Shown here: piece by piece, positions 61,557 through 64,000 of the stretch | Position numbering within the stretch: position 1 is the stretch's first letter | Layout: the number at the start of each line of letters is the position of its first letter | From: an uncultured Actinomycetes bacterium | GTDB taxonomy: Bacteria > Actinomycetota > Thermoleophilia > Solirubrobacterales > Solirubrobacteraceae | Assembly (NCBI GenBank): GCA_963774115.1 | Contig: CAVZDN010000001.1 | Location: forward strand, 572,910 to 636,909 | Direction of reading: 5' to 3' | DNA: 64,000 nucleotides | Notes under the pieces: generated by a model | The model's database searches: none | Seen by the model: only the letters and a program-made list of their open reading frames with translations | Told to the model about the DNA's origin: nothing | Program-made: the position numbers and the translations under genes

Positions 61557-61693
61557 TTGCCTATGGGGTTAGCTGACGGGCTCGCGCAGAAAGAGCAGCG
61601 CTACGTCCTGAGTCGGACGATTCGCCCCTGGGCCCTGTCCGGGCCCCGTGGTTCCCCCACTCCCCGGTGCATGTGCTCCGGAAATTCGGCTGG
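61557..61693 (-). ncRNA. c-di-AMP riboswitch
   Basis: Same consensus; 64 bp (61565-61628) identical to 60500-60563. Confidence 0.9.
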
Positions 61694-61790
61694 GTACAAG
61701 CGACGGGAGGCACCGTACAGACCGTGGTCAAACGAATGTGACTTTCCCCACCTACATGGCGCGACGCCGCGCCGCGGTATGGTCGCCGTC

Positions 61791-62993
61791 GTGGCCCCGT
61801 CCCGCGACGCGCTCGACCGCCTCAACCGCGCCACCGCGGCGCTCGATCCGCCGTTCGCGGCGGTCGACATGGACGCCTTCCGCACGAACGCCCGCGACAT
61901 GCTGCGGCGCGCCGGCGGACGGCCCATCCGGCTCGCGAGCAAGTCGATTCGCTGCCGTGCGCTGCTGGAGCGCACGCTCGCGTCCGACCCCGGCTTCCGT
62001 GGCACGCTCGCGTTCACGTTGCCGGAGGCGCTGTGGCTCGCCGACGAGGGCCTGCGCGACCTCGTCGTCGCCTATCCGACAACCGACCGCGCCGCTCTGC
62101 GCGCGCTCGCGGCGCGCGCGGACGACGCCGGCATCGCGGTGATGGTCGACGACGTCGCGCAGCTGGACCTGATCGAGGCGGCGGTCGGCGGCAGCCTCTC
62201 GCGACCGCTGCGGGTCTGCATCGACGCCGACGCGAGCTGGCGCCCGCTCGGCGGACGCGTGCACATCGGCGTGCGACGCTCGCCGGTGCATACGCCCGAG
62301 CAGGCCGCCGCGCTGGCGCGGGGGATCGCCGCGCGGCCTGCGTTGAAGCTCGTCGGGGTGATGGCGTACGAGGCGCAGATCGCGGGGCTCGGCGACCGCC
62401 CGCCGGGCAAGCCGCTGCTGGGGCTCGCGCTGCGCGCTGTCCAGCGCGCCTCGGCGCGGGAGCTGGCGGAGCGGCGCGCGGCGATCGTCGCCGCGGTGGA
62501 GGCTGTCGCCCCGCTTGAGTTCGTCAACGGAGGCGGCACCGGCAGCCTGGAGCTGACGGCCGCGGAGCCGGCCGTCACGGAGATCGCGGCCGGTTCGGGG
62601 CTGTACGGGCCTACGCTGTTCGACGCCTACTCCCGCTTCACGCCGCTGCCGGCGGCGATGTTCGCGCTGCCGGTCGTGCGACGCCCCGGACGCGGCGTCG
62701 TGACGGCGCTCGGCGGGGGCTACGTCGCCTCCGGCTCCGGCGACCGCGCACGCCTGCCGCGGCCGGTCCTCCCCGCCGGGCTGCGGCTCGACGGTCGCGA
62801 GGGCGCCGGCGAGGTGCAGACCCCGCTGCTCGGCGACGCCGCCGACGCGATGCGGATCGGCGACCGCGTCTGGCTGCGCCACGCGAAGGCCGGCGAGCTC
62901 TGCGAGCGCTTTGCGGAGCTGCATCTGATCGAAGGCGACCGCATCGTCGAGACGGTGCCGACATATCGCGGCGAGGGGCGTTGCTTTCTGTAG
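61791..62993 (+). CDS. PLP-dependent fold-type III amino acid deaminase/aldolase (alanine racemase-like)
   Basis: IRLASKSIR, MAYEAQIAG, NGGGTGS, GAGEVQTP, RHAKAGE. Confidence 0.88.
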   Translation: MAPSRDALDRLNRATAALDPPFAAVDMDAFRTNARDMLRRAGGRPIRLASKSIRCRALLERTLASDPGFRGTLAFTLPEALWLADEGLRDLVVAYPTTDRAALRALAARADDAGIAVMVDDVAQLDLIEAAVGGSLSRPLRVCIDADASWRPLGGRVHIGVRRSPVHTPEQAAALARGIAARPALKLVGVMAYEAQIAGLGDRPPGKPLLGLALRAVQRASARELAERRAAIVAAVEAVAPLEFVNGGGTGSLELTAAEPAVTEIAAGSGLYGPTLFDAYSRFTPLPAAMFALPVVRRPGRGVVTALGGGYVASGSGDRARLPRPVLPAGLRLDGREGAGEVQTPLLGDAADAMRIGDRVWLRHAKAGELCERFAELHLIEGDRIVETVPTYRGEGRCFL

Positions 62994-62996
62994 AGA

Positions 62997-63019
62997 CTAA
63001 CCCTCGACTTGAGGGTTAG
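62997..63019. terminator. Perfect hairpin between convergent genes
   Basis: CTAACCCTC-GACTT-GAGGGTTAG. Confidence 0.65.
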
Positions 63020-63020
63020 A

Positions 63021-64000
63021 TTACTGATGCGCGACAGGCCCCAACACGCGCTCGGCGTACGCGTTGGTGAAGCGGCCGTTCGGGTCGAGCTGCGCGCGGA
63101 CCGCCTGCCAGTCGTCCCAGCGCGGATAGCGCGATGCGAGCGTCGTCGCCGTCTGGAAGTGGCGCTTGCCCCAGTGCGGACGGCCGCCGTACTCGTCCAT
63201 GATCTGCTCGACGGCGCGGAAGTACGGCTCCCACTCCATGCTCCTGAACATGTGGACGGCGATGTAGCCGCTCGGACGCTCGTGGACCGGGCTGAGGTAG
63301 GCGTCGTCGGGCGCGACGAGGCGCACCTCGATCGGGAACGGGACGTGGAAGCGGCGCTCGGGCACGAGCGCCATCACGCGCCGGACCGCCGCCGCGGTGT
63401 GCTCGCGGGGCAGCGCGTACTCCATCTCCGTGAACTTCACGAGCCGCGGTGAGGCGAAGACGCGATCGCTGCGATCGACCCGCACCGTGCTGCCCGCGAG
63501 CTTCGTCACGAGCCGGTTGATGCGCGGGATCGTGCGCGGCATCGCGCGGCCAGCGAGGCAGAAGGCATGGAAGGCGTGGTTGGTGAGCAGCACGTCTTCG
63601 GCATAGGCACGCGTGCGCGAGCGTGGGCGCGGCGGCTCCTCGACGCGGTTGTTCGTACGCGTGAGCGCCGTGCGCGCGTGCGGGAAGACGAAGAACTCGA
63701 AGTGCTCGTTCGCGTCGCCCAGCTGCTCGAGTCGCTCCAGCGTCTCCTCCAGCGGCGCCGGCGCGTCGACGCCCCGCAGTGTGAACGCCGGCACGCAGCG
63801 CAGCGTGACGGCCGCGACGACGCCAAGGCTGCCAACGCCGACGCGCGCAGCGAGATACGTGGACAGATCCTCGTCGGCCGCCGAGCACGTCAGCGTGCTG
63901 CCATCCGCCAGCACGAGCTCCAGCGACTCGACCTGCGCCGAGAGGTTGCGCAGGCGCGCGCCGGTGCCGTGCGTCGCCGTCGAGATCGCGCCGGCGATCG
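63021..64000 (-). CDS. D-arabinono-1,4-lactone oxidase family FAD oxidoreductase (partial, start beyond the window)
   Basis: GAISTATHGTG at the edge, EMEYA, FPIEVR, GGRPHWGK, LDP. Confidence 0.92.
   Translation of the reverse strand, partial: IAGAISTATHGTGARLRNLSAQVESLELVLADGSTLTCSAADEDLSTYLAARVGVGSLGVVAAVTLRCVPAFTLRGVDAPAPLEETLERLEQLGDANEHFEFFVFPHARTALTRTNNRVEEPPRPRSRTRAYAEDVLLTNHAFHAFCLAGRAMPRTIPRINRLVTKLAGSTVRVDRSDRVFASPRLVKFTEMEYALPREHTAAAVRRVMALVPERRFHVPFPIEVRLVAPDDAYLSPVHERPSGYIAVHMFRSMEWEPYFRAVEQIMDEYGGRPHWGKRHFQTATTLASRYPRWDDWQAVRAQLDPNGRFTNAYAERVLGPVAHQ

Overview
High-GC actinobacterial chromosomal segment. Gene content and protein style suggest Thermoleophilia/Solirubrobacterales (Conexibacter-like); this is an inference, not a database result. 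Mostly housekeeping and metabolic genes: an acyl-CoA/B12-mutase/ETF cluster, a methylglucose-lipopolysaccharide-like set (Rv3030/31/32/34c/38c-type) interrupted by two HEPN/Abi-like genes, photolyase, GGT, a parA-ftsZ pair outside any dcw cluster, an ArsA pair, adenylate cyclase, pilT, an RpoD-type sigma factor, moeA, two paralogous GT-C-like membrane proteins, a pentose-phosphate operon, egtBD, a Phd-VapC toxin-antitoxin pair, and three c-di-AMP riboswitches in front of cell-wall enzymes. No rRNA, tRNA, CRISPR, integrase or transposase was seen. Frameshifts in pepA, a HAD gene and rpoD look like assembly indels. The most unusual signals are: (1) a low-GC secreted-protein gene in which 26 of 29 mature-region Arg codons are AGA and Lys is nearly absent, pointing to possible codon gating or recoding; (2) an FtsZ with a long N-terminal extension coupled to a ParA; (3) an apparently catalytically dead ApeA-like HEPN protein next to an adenylate cyclase. 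Family calls come from motif recognition only, and start sites are my best estimates.
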